In this document: one piece after another, positions 38,395 through 51,490 of the stretch | Numbering within the stretch: position 1 is the stretch's first letter | Layout of the letters: the number at the start of each line of letters is the position of its first letter | Assembly: GCA_030704615.1 (NCBI GenBank) | Contig: CM060732.1 | Location: 64,914,001-64,978,000, forward strand | Origin: Takakia lepidozioides | Lineage: Eukaryota; Plantae; Bryophyta | DNA: 64,000 nt | Direction: 5' to 3' | Made by a program: the position numbers and the translations under genes | The notes under the pieces: model-generated | What the model was told of the DNA's origin: nothing | What the model saw: the letters and a program-made list of their open reading frames with translations, nothing else | Databases searched by the model: none

Positions 38395-39552
38395 AATTCA
38401 GTAGTTCCTGCTAAAGAATGGAAGAGGAAGGACTCCTTGAAAGGCAATCAGACAGACTGTATGATCTGAACACCAGTGAATGACTGTACCGATAGTCACC
38501 AACTCATTGTGCGGTAAACCCTTCGCAGAGGAGTAGAAAGCAAATCACCTTTGTGATGGTCGGTAGCGACAATCCCTGTCTGGGACATTCCACTCAATCT
38601 CTACGCATATCTTCAACAATGAAATGTAAGTTAGATAAAACTTACTGGCGCCTTCTTAGGTTTTGAAATTTGATCCCCTTCTGCAGCTTTCCTCTTCCCT
38701 CTCACATCTGCTGGAATTTTTGTCTGCGCTAGGGTTTCTGGACCTTCTCCCGGTTCGGCGTTCCGTGTGCTTCCACCTCCTTCTATGTCCCTGCGAATCA
38801 TCTCTGCCTCCACAGGCTGGCGCACTCTTATCGCCGATTGTGTCACAGCCGCTGCCTCAGTCTCCGTCTGCTCTTGTGAATCAGTCTCCGCGTTCACCTG
38901 CTGCCTTGGCCCTGTGTTCTCCAACAAACGACGCCTCGTCATTTGCTCTCTTGCTCTGCGTCTCTCTCTAAGGGAAGTAAAATAAAGAGACTTTCTTCTC
39001 TTTCGTATTGTAGTGTAGTGTGAAAAGAAGGGGCGTGAATCCCCTTCTGGTTAATCCTAAATTTGTACTCCTCCTACTCGTCCCTGTTGAAGTATCAGGG
39101 CAAAGGAAAGGAGCGTTCTCTTTTCTGTCCAACCATCGTCATGAGGCTATATGGGTTTTTACCTCAGGTTCGTTCGTGATCAGAGTTTGCGGAATCCTCA
39201 TCCACGCCGCAGCGGAAGAGAAGACATGGATGGGAGTCTTTGGTTTGTTCTTGCCCTCGGTTCTACTTCTATGCAACAGCCTGGCCCTATGCTCACTGCG
39301 CCAACAGTGTTGGCGTGATCTTTTCTTTGATGCAAGCAGCCCAATGGCAGCGGTGAATACGACCCTTAATGTGAACCCCCCTTGAGCAGTGACATGTCGG
39401 AAATCCCTTTTTGTAATGGTGACACAGATTTAGAGGGAGACAGCTCAGATCTTCATAAACTGCAGGGGCACTGGTTTTCCTTCAGGATTCATGCTTTCTT
39501 CATCTCAATCTCCCAAAGTTGGCCATCCCCCCATCAACCCCTTTTGCTGAGC

Positions 39553-39554
<2 letters not shown>

Positions 39555-39599
<45 letters not shown>
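39555..39599. repeat. (CT)n microsatellite
   Basis: About 22 CT units. Confidence 0.98.
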
Positions 39600-39603
<4 letters not shown>

Positions 39604-42041
39604 GTTTCTCTATCTCTGTCTATGTCTACAGGCTCCTTACTTCTTCACATACAGCCCATCTATCACATAATGCAAATGCACACTCCGCCAGGCATCCAGT
39701 GCAGCCAGCCTTGAAGTCATCCTTGGTCTCACAAGGCAAAACCATCCCTTTCATCAGTCTCTCTATCTATCTCTCTCTCTTCTCTCCGTCAATACTCAAC
39801 CCTTCACACTACCCTTTTCTTTTAAAAGATCCCATTTCCCAAAACAGCTCTCATCCCTTCTTCAGATTCAATCTGAATACCCCAACATCTCTCTTTTCCT
39901 TTCAACAAAAGGGCTTAAGTCGTTCATATCCTGATACAATGCTGAAATCACACCTTATCCCTTTTGTGTTTTCATACAGTTCTAGCTAACCCTCAATTAT
40001 CTCTCCAAGCAAACAAGCTATATCTACATTGGGTCCAGTGTATCACTACCCCCCAGCAGCATTGTGTGCAGGTTTACAACACTGAAACAAGAACAAGAAT
40101 GAAGACAACAGTGACCATTCTGTTTTCTGTGACAACAGTCTCTCTCTCTCTCTCTTCACTCATTTTTCTTACTGACACTACGACGGCAGGTGTATCCATT
40201 CCTTCCATGTTCTGGTTTGAAGTCCAGAGTCTCCATTCCATTTCCAAAAACCTTTCCTCTATCACATGTCTCCACCCTTTCCTTTCAACAAACAGGGCAG
40301 TCCTAAATCTACCAAAAGCGATTTCTAAGTCCGCCAAAAGAAGAAGCCCACAGTCTACCAACTTATCTGTTTTTATCCTCCAGTGAAGCGGTGGGTCAGC
40401 CTGCCAAGATGGCACCTCACCATCGCCTGTCAGCAGCCACCACAACCTTTTCTCCTTGTCTTGATTCCAGAGTTTATCATGCCATGATGTCTCCTCATCA
40501 TCCTATGGAGCATCCTGTGGTTTGCCAACTAAATTGCTCTATTCTTCTATGCATGTAGCTCTTTAAGAACTGAAATGGACCTATAGCAAGAAGACAAAAA
40601 AAGCAGCTAGAAGCTTGATTACAGATAACCTGTGTTGCCATCCAGCCAGCACTCCACATGCCTTATCGCCTCCATTGATTGTGCTCAGATTCTCTTCCTT
40701 GTGCTTCTGGCAGGTGGCCGTTCTCCTTGCTTGCTCATCTGCCCATAACTGTCATCTTCAAGATAGTGGCGGCAGCGGTGGTGCGCCGCTCTCCTTACAT
40801 GCTCCTATCTCCATGAATTGATCATCACAACGAGAAAGACGGCACCGCTTCCCTTTACACAGAATACCAAGCAGAGGCACTTAATGCTGCCCTCTAAACC
40901 AAGCGAAGTCCCACAGCGCAGGTACAACCTCTCAACACAGACTGCCCTGTCAACACCACAGCTCGCGGCAGCTGCCACGAATCGCCCGTCATCTTCCTCT
41001 TCGTTCTTCTTTCCTCGCGATTTTTAGGTTGAGCATCAGTGACGAAAACGTTCATCGCATGGATGAAAAATGCATGGTCACGACTTAGCCATTTTTATTT
41101 TGGCAACGCATGAGTACAGTATGCCCACAAAATTACCTGTATGGAGGGATATATCCCTCTTGCAGTTGGTATCAGGGCCCTCCCATTATAGTGATGCAGG
41201 GTCTTAACGGTGAAGCCAAAATGTAATGTCACTCCCGTGCATCCACACTACAGTAGAAGGAACCCTCTACAGCTTGACTACCACTCTCCCTCTAAGCGCG
41301 AAAAGTAGAAAAACGCAGTGACTCCCGATTTCTTGCGGGATTGCCTGCGTTCTTGCGTGTCTCTAGAAGCATCGGATTCCCTCTCGCGTGACCGTTTCAC
41401 ATAGTCGTTCCCTTATTAGTGCACATGCCAGCAATTGGTGTACAACTGTTCGTATTCAGTTATGGATGTCTGACGTGTGTCGCCCAAAAAAAACGGCGTG
41501 TTCTTTATTAGAACGGTTTCCATATTTAAAAATAACAGCGAATCCCAGAAATCTTGGCGCACAGTCTTACACAAATAAATGTAAATGAACGAGAGTTTGA
41601 TGACAAATCTTGGAATATCATACACGGTCATCATTGTTAGCCAAACCCCACATTCGTTTCACATTTGGAACTTTCCAAGTGCACATGATCATTGGTAGTA
41701 GTATAAAGATACATTTACTTAATCTGCAATCCCATTCTCAGATCCTGTGGCATGCTTCCAGGAAGTCGGCTTTGTTTTTGGGTTTATTGATGAGGTTCTG
41801 GTTAACGGTTTTACAGCTGCCGACACTGCACCTAGGGATACTCTGACCACTGGGCCCACAAGAAAAGTAATTAAAATGGACGGCTGCATATCTGGAAAGA
41901 ATAACATAATATGCACAGTCGTTATCTGAGCTTCCTCCGCCATATTCTCTGCTCATTCTTCAACTGTGTTCTGGAGACATCAGTAAACCGATTTACACTA
42001 GATCTGCGATAGCAAGGTACAAACGTACGCGAGGAAGGAAG

Positions 42042-43230
42042 ATGGCTTCCTCTAAAGCGGAGTTCTTCTCTGACGACAAACCAGTGCCGTTCTCCCAGGA
42101 AGTCCTTGACAATGGATTTGCAATTGTTCTGGAACATGTCTTGGCTACCCGTTTTCAGCTGCAGAATGGCTCCATCTTTTTGGAGAAAGAGGTGTACGAT
42201 CTTAAAGGGAAGTTGTTGAAATACTCTCAGGGCAGACTGTGATAACTTCTCGAAGCCTCGTGTTCCCCTGCATGACAGCTCCGTGTCCGGAACCTCCATT
42301 GTGGAGGAACCTCCAACACGACGGCAAGCTCCAGCATCAAACCGTGCCACTGAAATGGTGCAGGAGAGAAACAACCCCCTTGATGTGCTTGAGTCCGCAT
42401 GCCCCGACCACGTTTGGCACATAGAATGCACAAGTGTAGGGTCTCGTGTGAAATGTACAGCGATCAGGGCAACTAATTTCGAGAAGTGCACTTCATCTAT
42501 ATCCAGAGGTGGTGCCCAAACTCCTGCTCCGACTTTCACGGGCTTGATGCGTCCATACGGTCAACCAGAAGCCAAGAACCACAAGTTCTAGTTCTGCGCA
42601 GATGATTGTGCCAGATGTGTGCATGGAACTGTGCGTCCTTCCGTAGTGATGAAGCCAACTCCTCCAACCGTTTGGCCCGTGAAGGTGGGAACACATCTCA
42701 GCTTTCAGGAGATTGAAATGCTCGAGGAGGCAGGTTTTTCCCTTGCGAGACAACCCCAACTCCATGCATGTGCTACTACTTCTGCGTCCTCTCGGGTCCC
42801 CTCGGCAAATCCTGACTTGTGGCCAACCAAACGAGATGGAAAGCACGTTCGGCGTTTCCCTCCAACCGCTGAACACTTTGGCAAAGTGGAGTCCGCAAGA
42901 ATGCTCCAAGCTCGTGTTGGAAGCACCACGGAAGTACCCGATCCAGGATATGGTCGGGTATTCACAATCATCACTTCCACATCTGCTGTTCATGATAGGA
43001 CCTACGACATCACGGTTTCCAATTTCCCCAATTGCACATGTCCTGATTTTGTGAATATGCTATCAACCAGTTTGGGCAAGAGAGGTAAATTCATACCCTG
43101 CAAACATTTGTATTTCATATTTTTGAGGAGGATGGTTTGCGATCCCAAACGTGACAACTTCATTCACCAGGCCACTATGAGTTTCAACGAGGTCGATACT
43201 CTTTTGCAGCGGGATACAACACATGGGTAG
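42042..43230 (+). pseudogene. SWIM zinc-finger protein pseudogene (probably transposon-associated)
   Basis: YDITVSNFPNCTCPDF...IPCKHLYFIF (CxC...CxH); upstream Cys-rich segment 42283-42700 in the same frame with one stop. Confidence 0.75.
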
Positions 43231-43679
43231 CATGAACTATGTAATGTGGTATGTGGATGACCATGATTTGAAATGTGTAATTCACATCAATTCGTCGGCT
43301 GTGCAATGATATGGCCTCCAACTATACGGAGTGAGCTCTGAGTGACAACTTTTAGGTAGTGCACATTTGTCATTGCACCGTTCGAAGTCTACATGTCTTG
43401 CTGTCGCTATGCACTACAATCATCTTTTGAAGATGATCCTAACTCTCATTGTTATTTGAGGAGGGAGGAAGGTCTTCCCGTGGCAGCCTTTATGGCGCAC
43501 ACTTTGTGAGGATATTTTGTCATCCTCGTAATTGTTAAAGTGAAACAAGCATTTGTAATTGCACAATGTTGGATGCTGCAATTGTAGGCCTCAACGCTCG
43601 TCTTGATTCTATCTAGGCAAGATTCCCTGCATTAATTCCACGGTCATAGGACCATCCACAGTTATAGGCGGCGCATGTT

Positions 43680-43795
43680 AATGCTGACGTGGCAGATGAC
43701 GGACAGTGCCACGTCATCATTTACCGCCACATCAGCATGCTGACATGACGCTCACGCCACGTCAGCGTGTGTGCAGGCTCACGCCACGTCACTCC
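43680..43795. promoter_or_regulatory. Cluster of GCCACGTCA / TGACGTGGC (bZIP G-box-like) motifs in both orientations
   Basis: About 5 copies within 115 bp; such clusters are common in subterminal regions of plant DNA transposons. Confidence 0.55.
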
Positions 43796-44842
43796 TGCAT
43801 GAGCGTACGCTCGCGCGCTCACGCCATTGCGTCGTTGGAGGAGGGCTAATCTTCTTGTAGTTGAGCCTCCATGAGCTTCTCTCACCTCTATAGCTCTAGG
43901 TATTGAGAGGGAGTGTGTTGAGGGCTTTGTAGGGTGGATTCCCTTAGCAAGGGTGCCCTTGGATTGACTTAGTTTATGTGATAGAGTGGATTTCACTTGG
44001 AAGGACTAGGGCTTGTTCTTAGTGTGATTGCTTAATGATTTGAGAGTTTTCATTGCCTTCCACTTCTCTCATTTCTCAATTCTTATCACTACAAGAAGAT
44101 CATCTTATGCTTGTGAGTGTGGAGTGTAAGGATTAGTTTTGCACTTGTATGTTAAAGAGGTGGAGAGCTAGGAGAATTCAGCTCTTGTATCACAAGGCTT
44201 GCAAGGGGTTGCAAGGAAAAGTGCTCGAGTGTTGTATGCACCAAGGAGTTGGAGAGCTTGAGAAGAAAACTCTTGAGTCACAAGATTTTGCAAAGATTGC
44301 AAAGAGGAAGTCGTGTGTGTAGAAGCATGGATTCTAGGATTTGAGAATCCTTTGTATGCATTATGGAATCAATGGTGTGCGCCATGGCTTGTGGAGAAGT
44401 GACTAAAGGCTTGTTAGTGCTCATTTCACTATCAAGCTAGGGTTAAGCAAGTTCAAAGTGTGGATGTTGTGGAAAAGAAGCCAAGGAGCTACATAGGCTT
44501 GGGCTTGAAGACAACGAGCTGGGCAAATACTTGGAGAGCATTAAGAAGCTCAAGAGGTTTTGAAAGGGAGCATGTGAAGAAATCTTCCAATCATGGTGGT
44601 CTGGAGCCAAGCTTAGGGCGCCATTGGAAAGGCTTGGAGAACATATGGTGGGAAATCTTTAAAGCGAAATCATCATTCAATGTATGCATAGCTTCACCTT
44701 AACTATGTAATGTGACAAGATGAGGAGGCAATACTTGGCTATTCATGCTCTTGGTAGTGCAAGCTTTGTGGTGGATAGTTGACCAAGCAAGTGGTGCATG
44801 TGTGGAGTATGCTCTCTTGAATTTGTAAGTTCAAGTTTGAGA

Positions 44843-44875
44843 AGGGTTCAGGGTTCAGGGTTCAGGGTTTAGGGT
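44843..44875 (+). repeat. Short telomere-like tract (AGGGTTC)3 AGGGTTTAGGGT
   Basis: Read directly from the sequence. Confidence 0.8.
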
Positions 44876-45432
44876 AATTGCTCTTGAACTAGCAAGAGGT
44901 GAAAGCCTTGAGATCCATTTGGGTGTGAAGTGAAGAGGTGTTGATTCATGTTATAATGAAGGAGAGCAACACATAGGCCAAGAGGTCATGGAACATACAT
45001 TCCAATGACCAAGGGGAGCACATAGATGATGGATGGTGCAAGACCCCAAATGAGGCATATGGCGTGAGAGTGGGATCCAAGGCGGATTGGTTAGGAGCAT
45101 TATTGTAAGTGACAAGCATTGCTCCTAAACATTGAGATAATTTGTGTTGATTTGGAGCAATTGTCAAGTGATGAGGAGACAAATGCATGATTGCTCGGCA
45201 ATGGAGATATGGTAGTTTGCAATCAATTCCGAAGGACTAGAAGGGGGATTGATTTGATGGAAAATGACTTGCAAATTGAGTTGGACCACTCTTGGTTGCA
45301 CATTAGGGTGGAAGAGAGCAAGAAGATGCCTCTTATGATCACCTAGAGACCATATTTTTGCTTGAATAGAAGCATAGAAGTCAAGGACTTGCATTCTAGC
45401 TCTTCATTACAAACCCTAGTAGTGTATGCTCA

Positions 45433-45731
45433 GACTATACCTCTGTTAGTATACCAAACATGAGCTTGTCCCTTTGACTATACCTCTGTTGAGGTATCAC
45501 CATATGTGAACCCTAATGTGAGACTATACCTCTGTTCGTATACCAAACATAAGCTTGTCCATTTTACTAAACCTCTGTTGAGGTATCATCATATATGGAC
45601 CCTAATCAGCTCATACTATACCTCTGTTAGTATACCAAACAAAACCCTCATTTTCAGACTATACCTCTATAAAGGTATCATCAACATAAGGTACCCTAAC
45701 AATCTCAGACTATACCTCTGTGAAGATATCA
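45433..45731 (+). repeat. Regularly spaced array of 7 GACTATACCTCTGT cores with alternating A/B units
   Basis: Cores start at 45433, 45476, 45522, 45565, 45614, 45657 and 45708. Confidence 0.9.
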
Positions 45732-46462
45732 ACATTGAAAGGACTTACTGAAATTAAAGGGCCTTTGGAGGATTGTTTGGAAGATATTTGAGGGCCCTTG
45801 GAGGAGTGTTTGGAGGATCTTTGGGATCATTGGAGGATTGCTTGGAGTATCTTTGCGGTCCTTGGAGGAGTATTGGAGGACCCTTCGAAGAGCTTTGGTG
45901 GACAATGTTGAAGAGCTCTTGAATGATTGATTGAGGGATATTTGAAGGATACTTGCCACAACCATACAAGCGAGTGGATAGAGACAGGAGGGAGTGTGGT
46001 GGGATGAGAGCATTCTGGGGTTAGGAATTGCTTTAGTTTCTCTTCTCCATAGTCTTTCACCATCACTGTAGGCCAAAACATTTCCGTAGGTAGAGGCAAG
46101 AGTCAATCCGGGTTTGGGCTAGGGTGTCCTATGTTGTACCCTATGGGATTTACTTTGGACTTTTGGGAGGAAACGACATCCTACAGGCCGGAGTGGCAGT
46201 CAGGAGATGGCCGACGTGCACTACTCCCAGTGCGGTTTATTGGGAATGTAGCGGTGGATCATAGGAACATGATGCCCACATTGGCTGCATTCTTAGGGGT
46301 GGTGGCTTGGGGTGGTGAGATCTTGGAGGGCAATAGCCATGCAGATGATAGGACACCATCGTAGAACCTCCATACCAGCACCCACTGCTCCACGATCTGC
46401 AATACTCACCTCTAACAGCCACCACTCTTCCGACCCAGCTGCTAATTACACCGGCTAATAAA

Positions 46463-48536
46463 ATGTACCCTGCACTCTGCATGACACCTTCTAAGTCCCA
46501 ACAATCTGTCCCAGAGTCCTTTAGCAACGTCTCTACGTCGTACCACCATAACCTGAGGGCCATGTTTGACACATACGATCACCAAGACAATCCCAACACA
46601 GCCTCCACACACCCGAAGCAGGTACCCAGCCAACAGCCGGCTTCTTCCAAAAGGACCTCCAGCAAAGTTCGTAGCTCCTCCAAGCATACGAGCTCAAAGC
46701 GATCCAGGGGTCCCGCTATGGCTGACGGCCCCACAGAACCCAACACCATGTCGTCCCCATTGACACCTGCAGGAGCAACACCTGCCCAGACCCCAATTGT
46801 TCCTCCAGTCGCAGCAGACATCACACATTTGTGGCTTGGAAGCAGAACCATGGAAGAAAGAGCCCGCAAGGCAGGATACCCCCCTATCTTGGAGCTATGG
46901 TCACAAGAAGAACTCATCCGACTTGGGGTGGTGCCGAGAGAGAGCAAAGAAATGGTGCACTATCGACGTGTTTTTCCTCGAGTGCCTAAGTGACTATATC
47001 CCTCCAAGAGATGCGATGGCAAAGAGGGGCAGTTCTATCATCTCACCCAGCTCCCTAAAGGGACGAAAGTTAATCCCCACACAGGACTGGCCCTGGAATC
47101 ATATCACATCATAATCAGATTCGATTATGACACCAACATGGATCGAGCCACAATTCTAGAGAATACCCGACGAAGACTTAAGGAGATGGATATCCCCCTG
47201 GGAAGCACGCGTATCTCTCCAATCCTAGTGTTCACGCAAGCCAAAACCAAACTGTGGAATGGGCTAATCAAGATTGAGCTGAAACATCCAGAGAGAGATG
47301 GCCTTGCTCTACTGAGGGGGGAGCATGTGTTCACTCTCGAGCTATCCAGAGGCGTAAGAGTCATCGGTCATGTGGAGAAAAGCTTCGATCTTGCAGCATC
47401 TGGTGACTACTTCTCTCTGCATATTGCTAGTGATGTTTTTCACGGATGCCTGGGGCATACCCTGGCTGTGCAGTTCATTGTGCAAGGCTACATTAGCGGT
47501 GATGAATATGAGCTCCAGCATGTCGGGAAAAATAAGATAGACACGAAATTTGGGTTCATATACGTCATCTCAGAAGACACACGGGTGAAGGTGCTGAAAC
47601 ACGGAGTCAGCTTTGCCAACAACCGTATCAAACCTGAAGTAAGATATACAAACCTGGCAGGCGCACCAACAACCTCCAAAGAGTTCATTGCTGAACGCAA
47701 TGCCCTTACACTCCAAGTCAAAAACCTTAACTCCTCCAGAACTCAGGCAGAAACAGAGGATGGTGTCCGGGGGCTGTTGGGAAGAAACAATGTGGCACAG
47801 ATTTACTTTTGTTATACCCCGAGGGAGGAGAAGACAAAACATGAAGGCATAGCATACATCACATGCCTCAATACAGTAGTCTACACACAATGGTACTACA
47901 GACGCAATATACTGCTGCATGGACATTTCATTGACTTCATACCACATCCACAAAGCCTAAAGCGGGTCAGTCCCTATGGCCCCAGAAATCCTCCAACAGC
48001 TAGGCACTAACAACATCAACAAGGCACTAGCGCAGATGGTGGAGTCCATCAAAATCACAGCTGCAAAGCCAGCAGATGTTATCAGCCGGGCTGAGGTGGA
48101 CCAGCGCTTTGCTGCTATAGACAAACGTTTTGCGGAACACCGCATTACAACTACATAAGACATGAGCAAATTGGAAAGGCGCTTTGTCAAAACCTTCACC
48201 GCGGCAAATGCCTTGAACCTGCAGAATATGCGACAGTCCATCACGGCCCACTTCTCAAAGAACTTGGCCAGCTTCCATGAACATGCCAATGAGGCTCTTT
48301 GCAAAATGCCACAACTACTTGGAGCGATTCTGCCCTTGGATAAGGAGCAGGTGGACACACTCGACCAACTGGCCAAAGAATCAGGAAACTTCAACTTTGT
48401 CCCACCACCATTTGATCCTGAACTACTCTCCCTCACCATGGCAGGGGAGCAGCCCAAGACACCGGCACCCACGGGGGCTGATCGCATGGAGCGCACAACA
48501 ACAGTGGACATACAAATGCAGACTACCAATGAGTAG
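46463..48536 (+). pseudogene. LINE ORF1-like protein with RRM-like domains; disrupted; no ORF2 visible
   Basis: ORFs 46463-46993, 47138-48010, 47976-48158 and 48162-48536; RNP-like LTLQVKNLN...HEGIAYITC; helical C-terminus. Confidence 0.55.
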
Positions 48537-48713
48537 GCACATGGATAGCATATTCAACAGCCAAGACAGACTCAACGTAGCTACCACCAAAAGGAGACTC
48601 AGATTATATCACAGAACTAGACTGTATGAGAGATACAATGCAATAACTCTTTTTCTTACGCTATGTAACGTCCTTTTTCCATGACACTGTGGCGTAGATG
48701 TTGCCAAAAGGTC

Positions 48714-48977
48714 TGTCGTGCGCATACGTATCGCTACACAACTACATCGCTGTCCAAACCACATCACACATATATGCACAATAAAGTAGTCTGCCACAAT
48801 CTTTCTTATCACTCGAGAGAGATGAGCTGTGTGACTGACGCTCTCGTGAAGATAAGACGGTTCAGGTGTCAAACTAAACTTGACACCTGATTTAACACTT
48901 GACCTAAATCCAAGTGTTAAACACAAATAACTAGCTTTATTCTAGTTAGTTTCACACTGTGCTTATTTAACTTGACA
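48714..48977 (-). mobile_element. Solo LTR-like unit of the PHD-integrase family (internally shorter than 62612-63054)
   Basis: TGTC...GACA termini; 4-bp duplication GGTC on both sides; matches both ends of 62612-63054. Confidence 0.85.
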
Positions 48978-51490
48978 GGTCCTATAGTGTCTGCTCATCT
49001 GCTGCAATCTGCAATCCTAAACTGTACTACAATCCTACTCCAAATGGGTCTGCTGCAGCCCCCACTAACCCTCCCCACAGAGGCTGGCTTCTCTGTCCCC
49101 AAAGCCCACAACAATGCTTGGTTGATGCCCCGCAGAGATACAATGTCCTGGTTCAGGTGCAGCAAAAACAGCCACAATAAGAGATTTGCACAACAAGAAT
49201 GTCTTGCACCAAAGTAGCAAACACACCATACAAATAAAGACCAATGAACGCATCATACGTGCACCTTGGATACAATCAGAGCACCCACCTTCTCTGCAGG
49301 TTTTGGCTGCTCAAAACGCAGATTGGAAAATGTCCCCATATGTGCAAGAAGACGCAATGCTATCAAGGTTACTTGTCAAAACCCGAATGCAGTTACATAT
49401 CCACACACCATCAAAGCTCACCATTGCCACTCGCTGCTATGACCAAAAACTCAATGTGACACTACAGTATTGCCCGGCTCAAAGCCTGGAAATATCATTG
49501 CACTCTCTGCTGTCAAAGCTATTTGTAACTCGTATGCAGTATTATATTTATACACCATCAATGTTCAGAATTGTCACTCGCTCCTATGATAAAAAGCTCA
49601 ATGGAAATCAGTACATGCTAATACCACTCTACTATGATCACTGTACTAATGCCATGCATGCACAGGCCTGAACATAGCCTAAATGAAGCACCATATCCTC
49701 TACTACCACTGCAAGATAGCTCAGGGACCAGAACGCACAACAGTGCGCTAATTATAACAGGTCCCGGCCAGTTAGCAGATTGGGGTGGAAGGACAACATG
49801 CCACCCTCAGCAAAGACTGCACACTTGGAAGCTCGTATCCAATGCTCATGCCGTTTTTTCAATACCCCCGTGACATAGTGCAAAAATACGTGATGGAACT
49901 ACCTCCCCTACTGCCAAGTCACACTAGCATCTATGTTGAAGCACAGTATGCCACAGGCCATCTACTATGTCTGCAGGAATCCCAACGCCACATCCCCACC
50001 CAAAGGGCATATGTACCCATCATGGTCACCCAATACTATGATCAATGTTTACCTCCACTATTACAAATTATGTCGCAGTTACCAGCCACTCATACAATTG
50101 CAGCCCATCTCCAAGTCCAAATGGCCCATACTCAGTGCTTTGTTCAAAAGCTTAATACTACTCATGGCTGTACTCATAAACCCCTTGCTATCCGGTATGC
50201 TCAAAAGCTACACATCTACTGCTCTGCCCCAAAGCCGCACGCTAATTGTTATGCTAAAAACTCCTATAAACATTGCCATGTTGATTTGTCAACATATGCC
50301 CAAGGTTGTGCTTAGTTACATTGGCCAAGCTACACTGGCACCTCAAAGACTGGATTCCAACATAGATCTGGGATCACGCTATACATATTACAACAACCCC
50401 AACAGGGCACCATGCATAGGCTCGTGACTTCAACCAATTATATAAGCCCCTGCTCCAGTCAGAGACCGGAAATATCTCTGAAAGTGCACAATCTCTACAC
50501 AATGCAAGTCAGACTTAGAGAGATTATGGTAAAGCTACTCAGGGGCATGTGCGATGACTCTGGCACCCAAATCTGCACATCTAATCCCTACTTTGTGAGG
50601 GCCCAATTACGGACCAGGCACACCAAGAGGCCCCATGGCAAACATGATTTTCTTCTCTCAGGTTTGAGAGTGATGCTTGGAGCAAAACCTGAGCTGACAA
50701 TACCCGTTGTGGGGAGTTGCAACACCAGCCAGTGGAGTGGTCTCTGGTGCAGGGCTGTTGCACAAGGTGGCAAATTTCTCAGCCGACTTCCCAAAGCACA
50801 TTGGATTCAGATCACCATCAACTATGCAGGTATGCCAGCCAGTGCCCAAAAACAGCTTCAGTACGAGTACGACAACATTCGAGAGGCCAGTGCAGTGATG
50901 GACAGGCTGGAGACTTCGGCAACCTATCATCAAATGCTACACAAAAACTTGACTCTGTCCCGCAAGCGTCAGCTTTATAGGAAGCGCTATCAACATCATT
51001 CTGAAACTACTTTTGGGCAGCATGGCGATATTGAAGCAGATATTGAATCTTACATTGTCAGATTCTCTACCCCACCAGGTTCCTACACCCTCCCCCATCT
51101 TTTCTATGATGTCACCCACTAAAATCCTCTGAACACCATCAGAAAGCAGCCCTTCTCTCACATGTATCTCTCCTTCCACGAAGCATACCCTGGTATCATT
51201 TGGCCAAGAGTGCCGGATTGCATCGTTATGATGCACCAGCAGCATCCTTGCCGACAGTCTCTCACCATCAGGGCCAGCCATGGCCAAGTCACCAACATTA
51301 CAGCATCTGGTGGCAACTTTACTGCTGCTCATGCTAGCCTCATCACGGCATGGACTATGTTTGCAACATGGCAATGGCCACACGGCAACCACTACAACCC
51401 GGGAGATCTCACCCTACCCCCTCCCCTCCTCACCCCGGAGTACAATACCGCAATACACACTCTAGATGGCAGTTCATTCTACACACTACC

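Larger units (their letters stand above)
34896..38942 (-). pseudogene. Multi-exon gene for a ParB/Srx-like N-terminal domain protein; degenerate, 3' end cut by E2
   Basis: Approximate exons 38942-38646, ~37940-37281, 37186-36994, 36945-36472, 36386-36161 and 35217-34896, mostly with GT-AG borders. Motifs LDIPLCRM...VVRP...DITKLESDF..GY and FYVWDDNHRLLAW (DGNHR-like). In-frame stop near 36932. Confidence 0.6.

Noticed and set aside
39020-41027. Several 70-156-aa ORFs
   Set aside because: Low-complexity CT-rich sequence with overlapping frames and no recognisable motifs.
41168-41180. tRNA-iMet-like PBS TGGTATCAGGGCC
   Set aside because: One mismatch, and no accompanying LTR pair or gag downstream.
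43830-45420. Possible degenerate LTR element
   Set aside because: Composition is suggestive, but no termini, partner LTR, clear PBS or coding motifs could be identified.
45433-45731. CRISPR array
   Set aside because: Eukaryotic context, no cas genes, and the spacers are related to one another (alternating dimer).
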